Both the position numbers and the translations under genes were made by a program. Shown here piece after piece: positions 10,929-20,162 of a stretch of 64,000 nt of DNA (position 1 is the stretch's first letter; each line of letters starts with the position of its first letter). Below the pieces are notes generated by a model. It was not told where the DNA came from and did not search any database. It saw only the letters and a program-made list of their open reading frames with translations. The DNA is from an uncultured Actinomycetes bacterium (lineage in GTDB: Bacteria; Actinomycetota; Thermoleophilia; Solirubrobacterales; 70-9), in the NCBI GenBank assembly GCA_963716545.1, contig OY970316.1:1823225-1887224 (forward strand), given 5' to 3'.

Positions 10929-11670
10929 CCGCACCCCCTACATCGCCGCCAACTGGAAGATGAACAAGACCGTCGCCGAGGCCGCCGCCTACGTCGACAC
11001 GCTGCTACCGCGGATCGCCGCGACCCAGGCCGACGTCGTCCTCTGCCCGCCCTTCACGGCGCTCTCCGAGGTGGTCGAGCGCCGCCGTGGAACCGCGGTC
11101 AAGGTGGCGGCCCAGAACATGCACGAGGCCGAGGCCGGCGCCTACACCGGCGAGGTCTCGGCAGCGATGCTGGTCGAGCTCGACGTCGAATGCGTCGTCC
11201 TCGGCCACTCGGAGCGGCGCCAGTACTTCAACGAGACCGACGAGGCGCTGGCGCGAAAGGTGCCGGCGGCGCTGGCGGCCGACCTCGAGCCGATCCTCTG
11301 CGTCGGCGAGAGCGAGGAGGCGCGCGACGGCGGCCAGACCGAGGAAGTCCTCGAGCGCCAGCTGCAGGCCGACCTCGGCGGGCTGGAGGACGGTCAGGTC
11401 GCCTCCGTCGTCGTCGCCTATGAGCCGATCTGGGCGATCGGCACCGGTCGCGTCGCCACGCCCGAGCAGGCCCAGGAGGCCTGCGCCTTCATCCGCGACG
11501 TCCTCCGCGCCCGCGGCGCCGCGGCCGACGCGGTGCGGATCCTCTACGGCGGCTCGGTCAAGCCGTCAAACGCCGCCGAGCTGCTGGCGCTGGAGGACGT
11601 CGACGGGGCGCTGGTCGGCGGCGCCGCCCTCGACCCGGAGGAATTCGCCGCGATCGTCGACGCGGCCTAG
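10921..11670 (+). CDS. tpiA: triose-phosphate isomerase
   Basis: IAANWKMNKT, VVLGHSERR, AYEPIWAIGTG, ILYGGSV. 8-nt overlap with pgk. Confidence 0.95.
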   Translation: MPNRTPYIAANWKMNKTVAEAAAYVDTLLPRIAATQADVVLCPPFTALSEVVERRRGTAVKVAAQNMHEAEAGAYTGEVSAAMLVELDVECVVLGHSERRQYFNETDEALARKVPAALAADLEPILCVGESEEARDGGQTEEVLERQLQADLGGLEDGQVASVVVAYEPIWAIGTGRVATPEQAQEACAFIRDVLRARGAAADAVRILYGGSVKPSNAAELLALEDVDGALVGGAALDPEEFAAIVDAA

Positions 11671-11679
11671 AGTCGACCA

Positions 11680-13194
11680 ATGACCCTGGTCCCCTCGCTG
11701 GCGCTGGTCATCCTCGACGGCTGGGGGCTCGCCCCGCCTGGCCCGGGCAACGCGATCTCGCTGGCCGAGACGCCCACCTTCGAACGCCTCTGGGCGCAGT
11801 ACCCGCACACCCAGCTCTCCGCCCAGGGCCCGGACGTCGGCCTGCCCGTGGGGCAGATGGGCAACTCCGAGGTCGGGCATCTCAACCTCGGCGCCGGGGC
11901 GATCGTCAAGCAGGACCTGGCGCGAATCGACGACGCGGTCGCCGACGGCAGCTTCTTCGAGAACGAGATCCTGCTCGCCGCCTGCGCGCGGGCCCGCGAA
12001 TCGCCGCGGGGGCGGCTGCACCTGCTCGGCCTGGTCTCCGACGGCGGCGTCCACTCCGGCTGGGAGCACATCGAGGCCTGCGTCGAGCTGGCCTCCCAGG
12101 AGGGCGTCCCCGACCTCGTCTTCCACGCCTTCACCGACGGTCGCGACACCCTGCCGACGGGCGGCCGCGCCTACGTCGCCGAGCTCGAACGCTGGCTCCA
12201 CGCCGCCGGGCGGATCGGCACCGTCAGCGGCCGCTACTACGCGATGGACCGCGACACCCGCTGGGAGCGGACCAAGCTCGCCTACGACGCGATCGCCCAC
12301 GCTCGCGGCCTACACGCGGCGAGCGGGGTGGCGGCGGTCGAGGAGTCCTACGAGCGCGGCGAGACCGACGAGTTCGTCAAGCCGACCGTTGTCGGCGACT
12401 ACGACGGAGCGGCCGACGGCGACGTCGCCGTCTTCGTCAACTTCCGGCCCGACCGGGCGCGGCAGATGACCCGGGCGCTGGCCGAGCCCAACTTCGACGA
12501 GTTCTCCCGTTCCGGCGGCTCGGTCCTCGACCTGACCACGATGACTGCGTACCGCAAGGGCTGGCCCTACCCGGTTGCCTTTCCCGAGCAGCGGCCGAAG
12601 ACGACCCTGGCGCAGACGATCTCCGAGGCCGGCGGCCTGCAGCTGCACGTCGCCGAGACCGAGAAGTACGCCCACGTCACCTACTTCTTCAACGGCGGGG
12701 TGGAGGCCGAGTACGCCGGCGAGGAGCACGCCCTGGTCGAATCGCCGCGCGACGTCGCCACCTATGACGAGAAGCCGGAGATGAGCGCCGCCGGCGCCGC
12801 CGAGGCCTTCGTCTCGCGCTGGAGCGAGAACTCCTACCGCTTCGGGATCATCAACTTCGCCAATCCGGACATGGTCGGCCACACCGGGGTCATCCCCGCC
12901 GCCGTCAAGGCGGTGGAGACCGTCGACACGCAGCTCGCCTCCGTGGTCGAGGCGGTCACCGCCAAAGGCGGCGCCTGCATCGTCACCGCCGACCACGGCA
13001 ACTGCGACAACATGCTCGAGCCCGACGGCTCCCCCAACACCGCCCATTCGCTGAACCCGGTCCCGCTGATCGTCACCGCCGAGGGCCTCACCCTCCGCGA
13101 CGGGGGCATCCTCGCCGACGTTGCCCCGACCGCGCTGGACCTTCTCGGCATCCCCCAGCCGGCGCCGATGACCGGCCGCTCGCTCCTCGCCTGA
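11680..13194 (+). CDS. gpmI: 2,3-bisphosphoglycerate-independent phosphoglycerate mutase
   Basis: LVILDGWG, MGNSEVGHLNLGAG, GLVSDGGVHS, NFANPDMVGHTG, ADHGNCD. Confidence 0.95.
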   Translation: MTLVPSLALVILDGWGLAPPGPGNAISLAETPTFERLWAQYPHTQLSAQGPDVGLPVGQMGNSEVGHLNLGAGAIVKQDLARIDDAVADGSFFENEILLAACARARESPRGRLHLLGLVSDGGVHSGWEHIEACVELASQEGVPDLVFHAFTDGRDTLPTGGRAYVAELERWLHAAGRIGTVSGRYYAMDRDTRWERTKLAYDAIAHARGLHAASGVAAVEESYERGETDEFVKPTVVGDYDGAADGDVAVFVNFRPDRARQMTRALAEPNFDEFSRSGGSVLDLTTMTAYRKGWPYPVAFPEQRPKTTLAQTISEAGGLQLHVAETEKYAHVTYFFNGGVEAEYAGEEHALVESPRDVATYDEKPEMSAAGAAEAFVSRWSENSYRFGIINFANPDMVGHTGVIPAAVKAVETVDTQLASVVEAVTAKGGACIVTADHGNCDNMLEPDGSPNTAHSLNPVPLIVTAEGLTLRDGGILADVAPTALDLLGIPQPAPMTGRSLLA

Positions 13195-13285
13195 GGCGAC
13201 GGCGACTGCCGTCGCGAACCGCCGAAACTCCGCCTTCGCAGACAATTGTCTTGAATCCTTCTGTCTGCCCCGCTACGGTATCCCC

Positions 13286-13462
13286 ATGGAGGCATTGATC
13301 CACCCCCGCACCGGCGAAGAGCTCCGCTCGATCAAGCCGGTTTCGCCGCCTCCTCCACACCCCGGCCGGGAGCACGTCATCGGCAACCGTGTCCGCTGGG
13401 CGATGCAGGTGATGCGCTATATGCGCTACCGGCGCCGGACCCGGCAGCGCCCTCTGTTCTGA
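13286..13462 (+). CDS. small hypothetical protein (58 aa, basic C-terminus)
   Basis: Below the track length cutoff. My translation: MEALIHPRTGEELRSIKPVSPPPPHPGREHVIGNRVRWAMQVMRYMRYRRRTRQRPLF. Third-position GC is high. No family recognised. Confidence 0.3.
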   Translation: MEALIHPRTGEELRSIKPVSPPPPHPGREHVIGNRVRWAMQVMRYMRYRRRTRQRPLF

Positions 13463-13471
13463 GGAGGCCCA

Positions 13472-13645
13472 ATGCCACCCGGTCCTGCCTCTGCCACCCA
13501 GACCTATGTCATGCAGGTCGTCATCTCGGCGGTCTTCGCTGCAGCCGGCCTGGCGGTGCTCCTCTTCCATCTCGGCGACGACCCCTCTCTTTCCAAGCTG
13601 GCCGCTGGCTGGCTCGGCGCCGTGATCGGCTACTGGCTGCAGTAG
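13472..13645 (+). CDS. small hypothetical membrane protein (57 aa)
   Basis: GAGGAGG SD lies 4 nt upstream of the ATG. Translation MPPGPASATQTYVMQVVISAVFAAAGLAVLLFHLGDDPSLSKLAAGWLGAVIGYWLQ has two hydrophobic segments. Below the track cutoff. Confidence 0.4.
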   Translation: MPPGPASATQTYVMQVVISAVFAAAGLAVLLFHLGDDPSLSKLAAGWLGAVIGYWLQ

Positions 13646-13694
13646 CGGGAGCGGCACTGAGGAGGGGCGAGCGCCGCACCAATACGCTGCCCGC

Positions 13695-14897
13695 GTGCGA
13701 AGCGATCCACAGCGGCTGAGATTCGAGATCGGCGCCCGCGACGGGGCGGCGCGAGCGGGGGTCATCCATACCGCCCACGGGCCGATTGAGACCCCGGCGT
13801 TCATCCCGCTGGCGACGAAGGGCAGTGTGCGGGGGATGGAGTCGCGCGAGGTCGCCGAGCTCGGCTACCAGCTGGTCCTCGGCAACACCTACCACCTGTT
13901 CGTCTCGCCAGGCCCAGAGCGGATCGCCGCCGCCGGCGGGCTGCACGGGTTCATGGGCTGGGAGCGGGCGATCATCACCGACTCCGGTGGCTTCCAGGTC
14001 TTCTCGCTGGCCCACGGCGGGGTGGCGAACGAGGTCAAGGGGAGTGGCCGGAGCGGGGGAGAGCACGGCTCGAAGGTCGAGATCACCGAGGAGGGCGCCC
14101 GCTTCCGCTCGCCGCGGGACGGCCGCGAGCTGTTCATCTCGCCCGAGGTCTCGATGAGCGTGCAGGCGGCGCTCGGCTCCGACATCGCCCTCGTCTTCGA
14201 CGAGTGCACTCCCTTCCACGCCGACCGCGAGTACACCGCCCGCTCGACCGAGCGCACCCACCGCTGGCTCGACCGCTGCCTCGAGTGGCATGAGCGGGAG
14301 GGGCCCGAGCGCCAGGCAATTTTCGGGATCGTCCAGGGCGGCGTCCACGAGGATCTGCGGCGCGAATCGGCCCAGGCGGTGAGCGAGGCGGGCGTCGACG
14401 GGCTGGCGATCGGCGGCACCCTCGGCCGCGACAAGGAGGAGATGGCGGCGGTGCTGGCGCTGACCGCGCCGATGCTGCCGGTGGAGGCGCCAAAGCACCT
14501 GCTGGGGATCGGCGAGGTCGACGACCTGCTCGGCGGCATCGCCCTCGGCCTCGACGTCTTCGACTGCGCCGTCCCCACCCGCCTCGCCCGCCACGGCGTC
14601 GCTCTGGCGCCGAGCCCGGAGACCCGCTGGCGCCTCGACCTGCGCAAGGGCCGCTGGGTCGGCGACCGCAGCCCGATCGTCGAGGGCTGCCCTTGCGCCG
14701 CCTGCCAGCACCACGACCGCGACTACATCAGCTACCTCTCCCGCGGCGAAGAGCTGACCGCCGTCCGCCTCATCGTCCTCCACAATCTCACCTACATGCA
14801 CCAACTCACCACCCACGCCCGCCGCGCGATCGAAGCCAACCGCTTCGCCACCTACCGCGCCGCCGTCCTAGCCGGCACCCCACCCTGGGACGCCTGA
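13695..14897 (+). CDS. tgt: tRNA-guanine transglycosylase (queuine tRNA-ribosyltransferase)
   Basis: TPAFIPLATKGSV, LGNTYHL, ITDSGGFQVFSL, GLAIGG, zinc site CPCAACQHH...Y. Confidence 0.93.
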   Translation: MRSDPQRLRFEIGARDGAARAGVIHTAHGPIETPAFIPLATKGSVRGMESREVAELGYQLVLGNTYHLFVSPGPERIAAAGGLHGFMGWERAIITDSGGFQVFSLAHGGVANEVKGSGRSGGEHGSKVEITEEGARFRSPRDGRELFISPEVSMSVQAALGSDIALVFDECTPFHADREYTARSTERTHRWLDRCLEWHEREGPERQAIFGIVQGGVHEDLRRESAQAVSEAGVDGLAIGGTLGRDKEEMAAVLALTAPMLPVEAPKHLLGIGEVDDLLGGIALGLDVFDCAVPTRLARHGVALAPSPETRWRLDLRKGRWVGDRSPIVEGCPCAACQHHDRDYISYLSRGEELTAVRLIVLHNLTYMHQLTTHARRAIEANRFATYRAAVLAGTPPWDA

Positions 14898-14963
14898 GCA
14901 ACCGTTCGACCCTTGTCGCCCACAGGGCTACAAGTCGAACGCGTCCCTCGCGATCTCACCTCA

Positions 14964-15082
14964 GCGGGAGGGGCGGGGTGACCCTGCGAACGTTTTGCGC
15001 TTCTCGCCAACGGCTCAATCTCGGACGGCCCGAGCCGATCCAGCGAGCAAGCGAGAGAGCAGGGTCACCCCGCCCCTCCCGC
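14964..15082. repeat. long inverted repeat: 24-bp perfect stem with a structured loop of about 71 nt
   Basis: gcgggaggggcggggtgaccctgc (14964-14987) is the exact reverse complement of 15059-15082. The interior has further pairing (ctcgg..ccgag). It lies between convergent tgt and the kinase gene. Confidence 0.75.
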
Positions 15083-15088
15083 GCCAAG

Positions 15089-16324
15089 TCATTCTTTGTT
15101 TTCGTTGACCAGGTCTTTGACTTCTTCGACGACCTTGTCGACGGTGTTGCCGACGACGTGGCTCACCTTCACCCCGGCCGCCTTGTCGGTGGCCAGGATC
15201 ACGGCCGTCGCGACCGCGGCGGCGACCAGGACCAGCGCCACCAGGGCGAGCACGAAGCGGACGAAGCGGGAGAAGCCCCCGCGCTTGCGGGGCGGCGCCG
15301 GCGCGGCCGGACGCGGTGCTTCGTAGGTAATCGGTGGCGGCGCCATTCGCGGCTCCGGACGGCGGGTGGGGGAGGCGGGGCGGTACTCGGTGGCGGCGGT
15401 GTCGCGGCTGAGGTGGCGGGTCGCGGCGGTGTCACCGAGGACGCTGGTCGGCCGGGTGTGGCCTTCTTCGTCGATCGTGATCTCCTCGCCTTCGAGCCCC
15501 AGCTGCAGACCGGTAGATAGCTCCCCGGCGCTGGCGTAGCGTCGGTTCGGGTCGCCCTCCAGGGCCCGCAGGACGGCGGCGCCGAGCGTCTCCGGCACCT
15601 CGTCGTTGTAGGTGCTCGGCGGCAGCGGCGTCTCGTTCTGCTGGCGCACCGCCAGCTCGGCCAGCGAGCTGCCCTCGTAGGGCAGGCGACCGGTGAGGAA
15701 TTGGTAGAGGACGACGCCGAGGGCGTAGACGTCGGTCGCCGGCGTCGCCTCCTCGCCGCGGACCTGCTCCGGGGCCAGGTAGGCGGCGGTGCCGACCACT
15801 GAGCCGACCTGGGTGATCCGGGTCTGCTCGATCGCCCGGGCGATCCCGAAGTCGGTCAGCTTCACGGTCATCTCGCCGCCGCCCACCGGGCCTCCCATCA
15901 TCATCAGGTTGCCCGGCTTGACGTCGCGGTGGATGATCCCGCGACGGTGCGCGTAGTCGAGTCCGGCGCAGGCCTCGACCCCGATCTCGGCCGCGATCTC
16001 CGGCTCGACCGGCCCCTGGCGCTGGAGGATCTGCGCCCCCGAGCGGCCTTCGACGTACTCCATGACGATGTAGTGGCGGCCGTCGTCGACCCCGGTGTCG
16101 TAGACCTGGACGATGTTGGGGTGGATCAGCTTCGCCACCGCCAAGGCCTCGCGTTTGAAGCGGGCGACGAAGCGGTCGTCGTCGGAGAGGTGCTCGGCGA
16201 GGATCTTCACCGCGACCTGGCGCTCGAGGATCCGGTCGGTCGCCTTGTAGACGTTCGACATTCCCCCGGAACCGAGCTTGTCACCGGTTTCGTAGCGCCC
16301 CGAGAGCGTCCCAGCCTCCATCAT
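15089..16324 (-). CDS. Ser/Thr protein kinase (Hanks-type) with C-terminal TM anchor
   Basis: GSGGMSNVYKA...VAVK, HRDVKPGN, DFGIAR, APEQ. TM segment FVLALVALVLVAAAVATAVILA near the C-terminus. Confidence 0.9.
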   Translation of the reverse strand: MMEAGTLSGRYETGDKLGSGGMSNVYKATDRILERQVAVKILAEHLSDDDRFVARFKREALAVAKLIHPNIVQVYDTGVDDGRHYIVMEYVEGRSGAQILQRQGPVEPEIAAEIGVEACAGLDYAHRRGIIHRDVKPGNLMMMGGPVGGGEMTVKLTDFGIARAIEQTRITQVGSVVGTAAYLAPEQVRGEEATPATDVYALGVVLYQFLTGRLPYEGSSLAELAVRQQNETPLPPSTYNDEVPETLGAAVLRALEGDPNRRYASAGELSTGLQLGLEGEEITIDEEGHTRPTSVLGDTAATRHLSRDTAATEYRPASPTRRPEPRMAPPPITYEAPRPAAPAPPRKRGGFSRFVRFVLALVALVLVAAAVATAVILATDKAAGVKVSHVVGNTVDKVVEEVKDLVNENKE

Positions 16325-16953
16325 TCGACCCCCACGCCGGGCCCGATGCCGCCTTCGGGCCCAGTTTCCGGCGGTTCGGTGCCGCTCGGGGTTTCCGCCG
16401 GCGGGCCCTTGCCTTTTTCGGCGCCTTCGTTGGCGGGCGGGGCTTCTTCGTCACCTTCGTCGCCCTCTTCCTGCGGCGATTCTTCGGCGCCCTGCTTGCC
16501 CTTCTTTTCCTTCTTTTCCTTTTCTTCGTCGCGTTCGGATTCTTCTTCGTCTTCTTCGAGCTGCTGCTGTTCTTCTTCTTCGGCCGCTTCCAGCGCTTCG
16601 CTTTCTTCGCGTTCTTCGGCTTCTTCCTTCGACCGCGCGACCGCCGCCGATTCTTCTTCGCAGTGGGAGACGACGTCGGCGAGCCGTTCCGTCCCTTCGC
16701 GCAGTGCCGCCTTCAGCTTCTTGTCGACCTTGCCGAGTTCGTCGACCTCGGTCGAGACCTGGCCGACTGCGTCTTCGGCCCCGGCGCAATCGCCTTCGTT
16801 GACCAGGGTCCGTACCTGGTCGAGGTTCTGGTTGATCTGGTCGGCGGTTTCCCCCGGCAGCAGGTCAGCCGAGGAGCCGCCGCAGGCGGACAGCCCCAGG
16901 GCCGCGGCGGCGACCAGGCAGAGGGCGGCTATCGGGGGGGCAAGGCGACCCAT
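16321..16953 (-). CDS. acidic lipoprotein, function unknown
   Basis: Signal and lipobox ALCLVAAAALGLSAC. Very Glu/Asp-rich C-terminal half (EEEEQQQLEEDEEESERDEEKEKKEKK). 4-nt overlap with the downstream kinase gene. Confidence 0.6.
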   Translation of the reverse strand: MGRLAPPIAALCLVAAAALGLSACGGSSADLLPGETADQINQNLDQVRTLVNEGDCAGAEDAVGQVSTEVDELGKVDKKLKAALREGTERLADVVSHCEEESAAVARSKEEAEEREESEALEAAEEEEQQQLEEDEEESERDEEKEKKEKKGKQGAEESPQEEGDEGDEEAPPANEGAEKGKGPPAETPSGTEPPETGPEGGIGPGVGVE

Positions 16954-17006
16954 CGTTCGAGTCTAAAGAACACTCCTGAAGCGCTTTTCTACCTGCATTT
17001 CTCGCA

Positions 17007-17769
17007 TCAGCGGCCGATTTGCAGGCGATCGGCGAGGGACGCAGGCAGGCCGGCGGCGAGGATTGCCGCCGCGGCGGCGGCGATGTCGTAGTCGACGCGG
17101 TGGAAGCGGGCGGTCCATTCCTCGGTGTCGAGCTCCATCCAGGCGGCCCGCGGGTCGCCGTCGCGCGGCTGGCCGACGCTGCCGGGGTTGAGCAGCCAGG
17201 CGCCGGAATCGAGGTCGACGAGGGCCCCGGCCGAGGTCTGGGCGCCGTGGGCGTAGGTCGGCCGGTTCGCCACCGTGCGGGTGAAGAAGAGCGAGACGTG
17301 GGAGTGGCCGATCAGCCCGATTCGCTCCGGCTGGGCGTCGAGGCCGGCTTCGGCCTGGTCGAGCGAGAGCACGTACTCCCAGACCGGGTCGCGCGGCGAG
17401 GCGTGGAAGAGGCCGATCCCCTCGCGCTCGCCCTGCGGCTCCATCGTCCCGAGGAACTCCAGGGTCTCCGCGGCGGCGTTCTCCCGGGTCCAGCGAACCG
17501 CCGCCGCGGCCCCCTCGGAGAAGGTCGAGATGTCGATCGTCCCCAGCACCGCGAGGTCGTGGTTGCCGACCAGGCAGGCGGCGGAGGCGTCGCGGACCAG
17601 CGCCGTGCAGGCGTCCGGCTGGGCCCCGTAGCCGACCAGGTCGCCGAGGCACCAGACCTCGTCGACCCGGGCCTCGCCGATCGCCTCCAGGACGGCCTCG
17701 AGGGCCGGCAGGTTGGCGTGGACGTCGCTGATCACCGCTGCGCGCAAGCGGCCAGCGTAACGGGGCACC
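17007..17769 (-). CDS. metallophosphoesterase family protein
   Basis: Only the C-terminal third of track ORF 17007..19319 looks coding: AVISDVHAN, GDLVGYG, GNHD, GHSH. The start assignment (GTG 17769) is approximate. Confidence 0.8.
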
Positions 17770-17792
17770 GGTCGGGTCCATACGATGAGGAG

Positions 17793-19439
17793 GTGAACGC
17801 AACCGATTCGATCGCCGAGCTGCGCGGGGCAATCGACGCCGCCTCGCGGGCCCTGCGCGACGGCGAGCGGACCGAGCCCTCGCCCTCCCTCGACCGCCCC
17901 CCGAACCCCGAGTTCGGCGACTACAGCTCCAACGCGGCGATGCTCCTCGCCGGCCCGCTGGGCGACAACCCGCGGGCCGTAGCCGAGCGCCTGCGGGGCG
18001 AGCTGGAGGAGCGGCTGGGCGGCGAGGCGGGCAGCCTGGAGCGGATCGAGGTCGCCGGCCCCGGCTTCGTCAACCTCTTCCTCGCCGACGCCTGGTACCG
18101 GCGGGCCCTGGATGGCCTGCTGGCCGCCGGCGAGGAGCTCGGACCGGCGCCGGTGGAGGTCCCGGAGCGGGTCCTGGTCGAGTTCGTCTCCGCCAACCCG
18201 ACCGGGCCGCTGCACGTCGGCGGCAGCCGCGGCGCCGCCTACGGCGACGCGATCGTGCGCCTGCTGGAGGCGGTCGGCCACGAGGTCGAGCGCGAGTACT
18301 ACGTCAACGACGGCGGCGGCCAGGTCGGTCGCTTCGCCGATTCGATCGGCGCCCGGATGCGGGGCGAGGAAGTGCCGGAGGACGGCTACAGCGGTGACTA
18401 CGTGGTCGACCTCGCCGAGCGGATCGCCAGCGAGGGAATCGACCCCGGCGACCGCGAGGCGGTCGGCCGGCGGGGGATCGAGCTGATCCTCGAGGGCGTG
18501 CGGGAGACCCTGGAGCGCTTCGGCGTCCGCTTCGACACCTGGACCTCGGAGCGCACCCTCTATGAGAAAGGCGAGGTCGAGGCGGCGCTGGCCGAGCTCG
18601 ACAAGCGCGGCCACACCTATCGCCACGAGAACGCGCTCTGGCTGCGCACCACCGATTTCGGTGACGACAAGGACCGGGTGCTGATCCGCAGCGACGGCGA
18701 CCCGACCTACCTCACCCCCGACATCGCCTACCACTGGGACAAGCTGCAGCGCGGCTTCGAGCGGCTGATCGACGTGCTCGGCTCCGACCACCACGGCTAC
18801 GTGCCGCGGATGCGGGCGGCGATCGCGGCGATGGGCGGCGACCCCGATGCCTTCGAGGCGCTGATCCTCAACCTGGTCAACATCGTCGAGGGCGGCGAGC
18901 GGGCGCGGATGTCGAAGCGCAGCGGCGACTTCGTCAGCCTCGACCAGTTGATGGACGACATCGGGGTCGACGCGACCCGCTGGTTCATGCTCTGGCGCAG
19001 CCACGAGACCACGGTCGACCTCGACCTCTCCCTCGCCCGCAGCCAGTCGAGCGAGAACCCGGTCTATTACGTGCAGTACGCCCACGCCCGGATCGCCAGC
19101 ATCCTGCGTAAAGCCGGCGCCGCCGCCGAGGAGGCCGCCGCCGGCCCCGGCGAGCCGCCCTCGACGCCGCTGCAGGAGAGCGAGAAGGCGCTGGTGAAGC
19201 GGCTGCTCGAATTTCCCGAGGAGGTGCGCGAGGCGGCGGCGCGGCGGGCGCCGCACCGCGTCTGCGCCTACTCGACCGCGGTCGCGGCGGACTTCCACGC
19301 CTTCTACCGCGACTGCCAAGTCGTCGGCGCCGAGGGGGAGGGGGTCGAACGGGCCAGGCTGGGACTGTGCCTGGCGGCGAAAAGGACGATCGCCGCGGCG
19401 CTTGGCCTGCTGGGGATCTCCGCCCCCGAGCGGATGTGA
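17793..19439 (+). CDS. argS: arginine--tRNA ligase
   Basis: Tail of track ORF 17019..19439. Class I HIGH-like SANPTGPLHVGG, KMSKRSG-type MSKRSG, and DALR anticodon-binding C-terminus. GTG 17793 is directly preceded by GAGGAGG, so the exact start is uncertain. Confidence 0.93.
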   Translation: MNATDSIAELRGAIDAASRALRDGERTEPSPSLDRPPNPEFGDYSSNAAMLLAGPLGDNPRAVAERLRGELEERLGGEAGSLERIEVAGPGFVNLFLADAWYRRALDGLLAAGEELGPAPVEVPERVLVEFVSANPTGPLHVGGSRGAAYGDAIVRLLEAVGHEVEREYYVNDGGGQVGRFADSIGARMRGEEVPEDGYSGDYVVDLAERIASEGIDPGDREAVGRRGIELILEGVRETLERFGVRFDTWTSERTLYEKGEVEAALAELDKRGHTYRHENALWLRTTDFGDDKDRVLIRSDGDPTYLTPDIAYHWDKLQRGFERLIDVLGSDHHGYVPRMRAAIAAMGGDPDAFEALILNLVNIVEGGERARMSKRSGDFVSLDQLMDDIGVDATRWFMLWRSHETTVDLDLSLARSQSSENPVYYVQYAHARIASILRKAGAAAEEAAAGPGEPPSTPLQESEKALVKRLLEFPEEVREAAARRAPHRVCAYSTAVAADFHAFYRDCQVVGAEGEGVERARLGLCLAAKRTIAAALGLLGISAPERM

Positions 19440-20104
19440 TGCTCGGTCGCGGGCTGCCCGTCCTGGCCGCGATCGACGGCCCGGCGGGGGACGGGGCCTG
19501 GGGGCTGCGCGCCCGTGACTTCGAGGCGCTGGCGGAGCCGCTGGAGCAGCTGGCGACGGCGCCCGTGCTGCTGGTCAGCGGCAGCGGCGAGCTACCGCGG
19601 GTGCTGGGTGTATCGCTGGCGGCCGCGGCGCTCGCCCGTGGCCGCGGCGCGATCGTCGTCGAGTGCGACCTGACCCGGCCGCGGCTCGCCGTCGAGCTCG
19701 GCCTCGCCGCGGCGCCGGGCCTGCACGAGTACCTGCGCTGGGAAGCGGCGGCGGCGCAGCTGCTGCAGCCGGTCGCAGTCGCCGGCTCGGCGGCCGCGGA
19801 GGCGGAGCCGCTGGTCTGCGTCGTCGCCGGCCGCGCCACCCCGGACCCGCGCACCCTGCTCGGCCTCGGCAGCTTCGCCCAGATGCTGGAACGGCTGCGC
19901 TCGGCCTACTCGTTGACGGTGCTGATCGGGGCGCCGCTGGAGGCCCCGGCGGGGGGGCTGCGGCTGCTCGCCGGCCGCGCCGACGCCGGCCTGCTGGCGC
20001 TGTCGCCGGGCGACGCCGGCGGTCGCCGTGGCCGCGCCGCGTTGAAGGCGGCGCGAGGGGCGGGGATGGAGCCGCTCGGTGTCGTCGCGGTCCGCGACGC
20101 CTGA
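19439..20104 (+). CDS. hypothetical protein resembling a MinD/ParA/CpsD-type ATPase fold but lacking a Walker A lysine
   Basis: ATG overlaps the argS TGA. LLVSGSGELPRVLGVSLAAAALARGRGAIVVECDLTRP occupies the place where GxxxxGK[ST] is expected. Function unknown. Confidence 0.45.
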   Translation: MLGRGLPVLAAIDGPAGDGAWGLRARDFEALAEPLEQLATAPVLLVSGSGELPRVLGVSLAAAALARGRGAIVVECDLTRPRLAVELGLAAAPGLHEYLRWEAAAAQLLQPVAVAGSAAAEAEPLVCVVAGRATPDPRTLLGLGSFAQMLERLRSAYSLTVLIGAPLEAPAGGLRLLAGRADAGLLALSPGDAGGRRGRAALKAARGAGMEPLGVVAVRDA

Positions 20105-20162
20105 ACCGGCGTGCGCGGCGCCTCGAGGCAAGAGCTCCCCGACCGTCCGCGGCAGAGCGCCC

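Noticed and set aside
17770-19319. The N-terminal two-thirds of track ORF 17007-19319 (-), and the analogous upstream extensions of track ORFs 523-1164, 3677-5977, 6762-8222, 30785-32728, 44077-45333, 44266-45246, 51983-52771, 52489-53670 and 52780-53616.
   Set aside because: Only the 3' portions carry recognisable domains, and they have their own plausible starts and SD sites. The upstream parts overlap other well-supported genes and look like off-frame noise, so the genes were trimmed.
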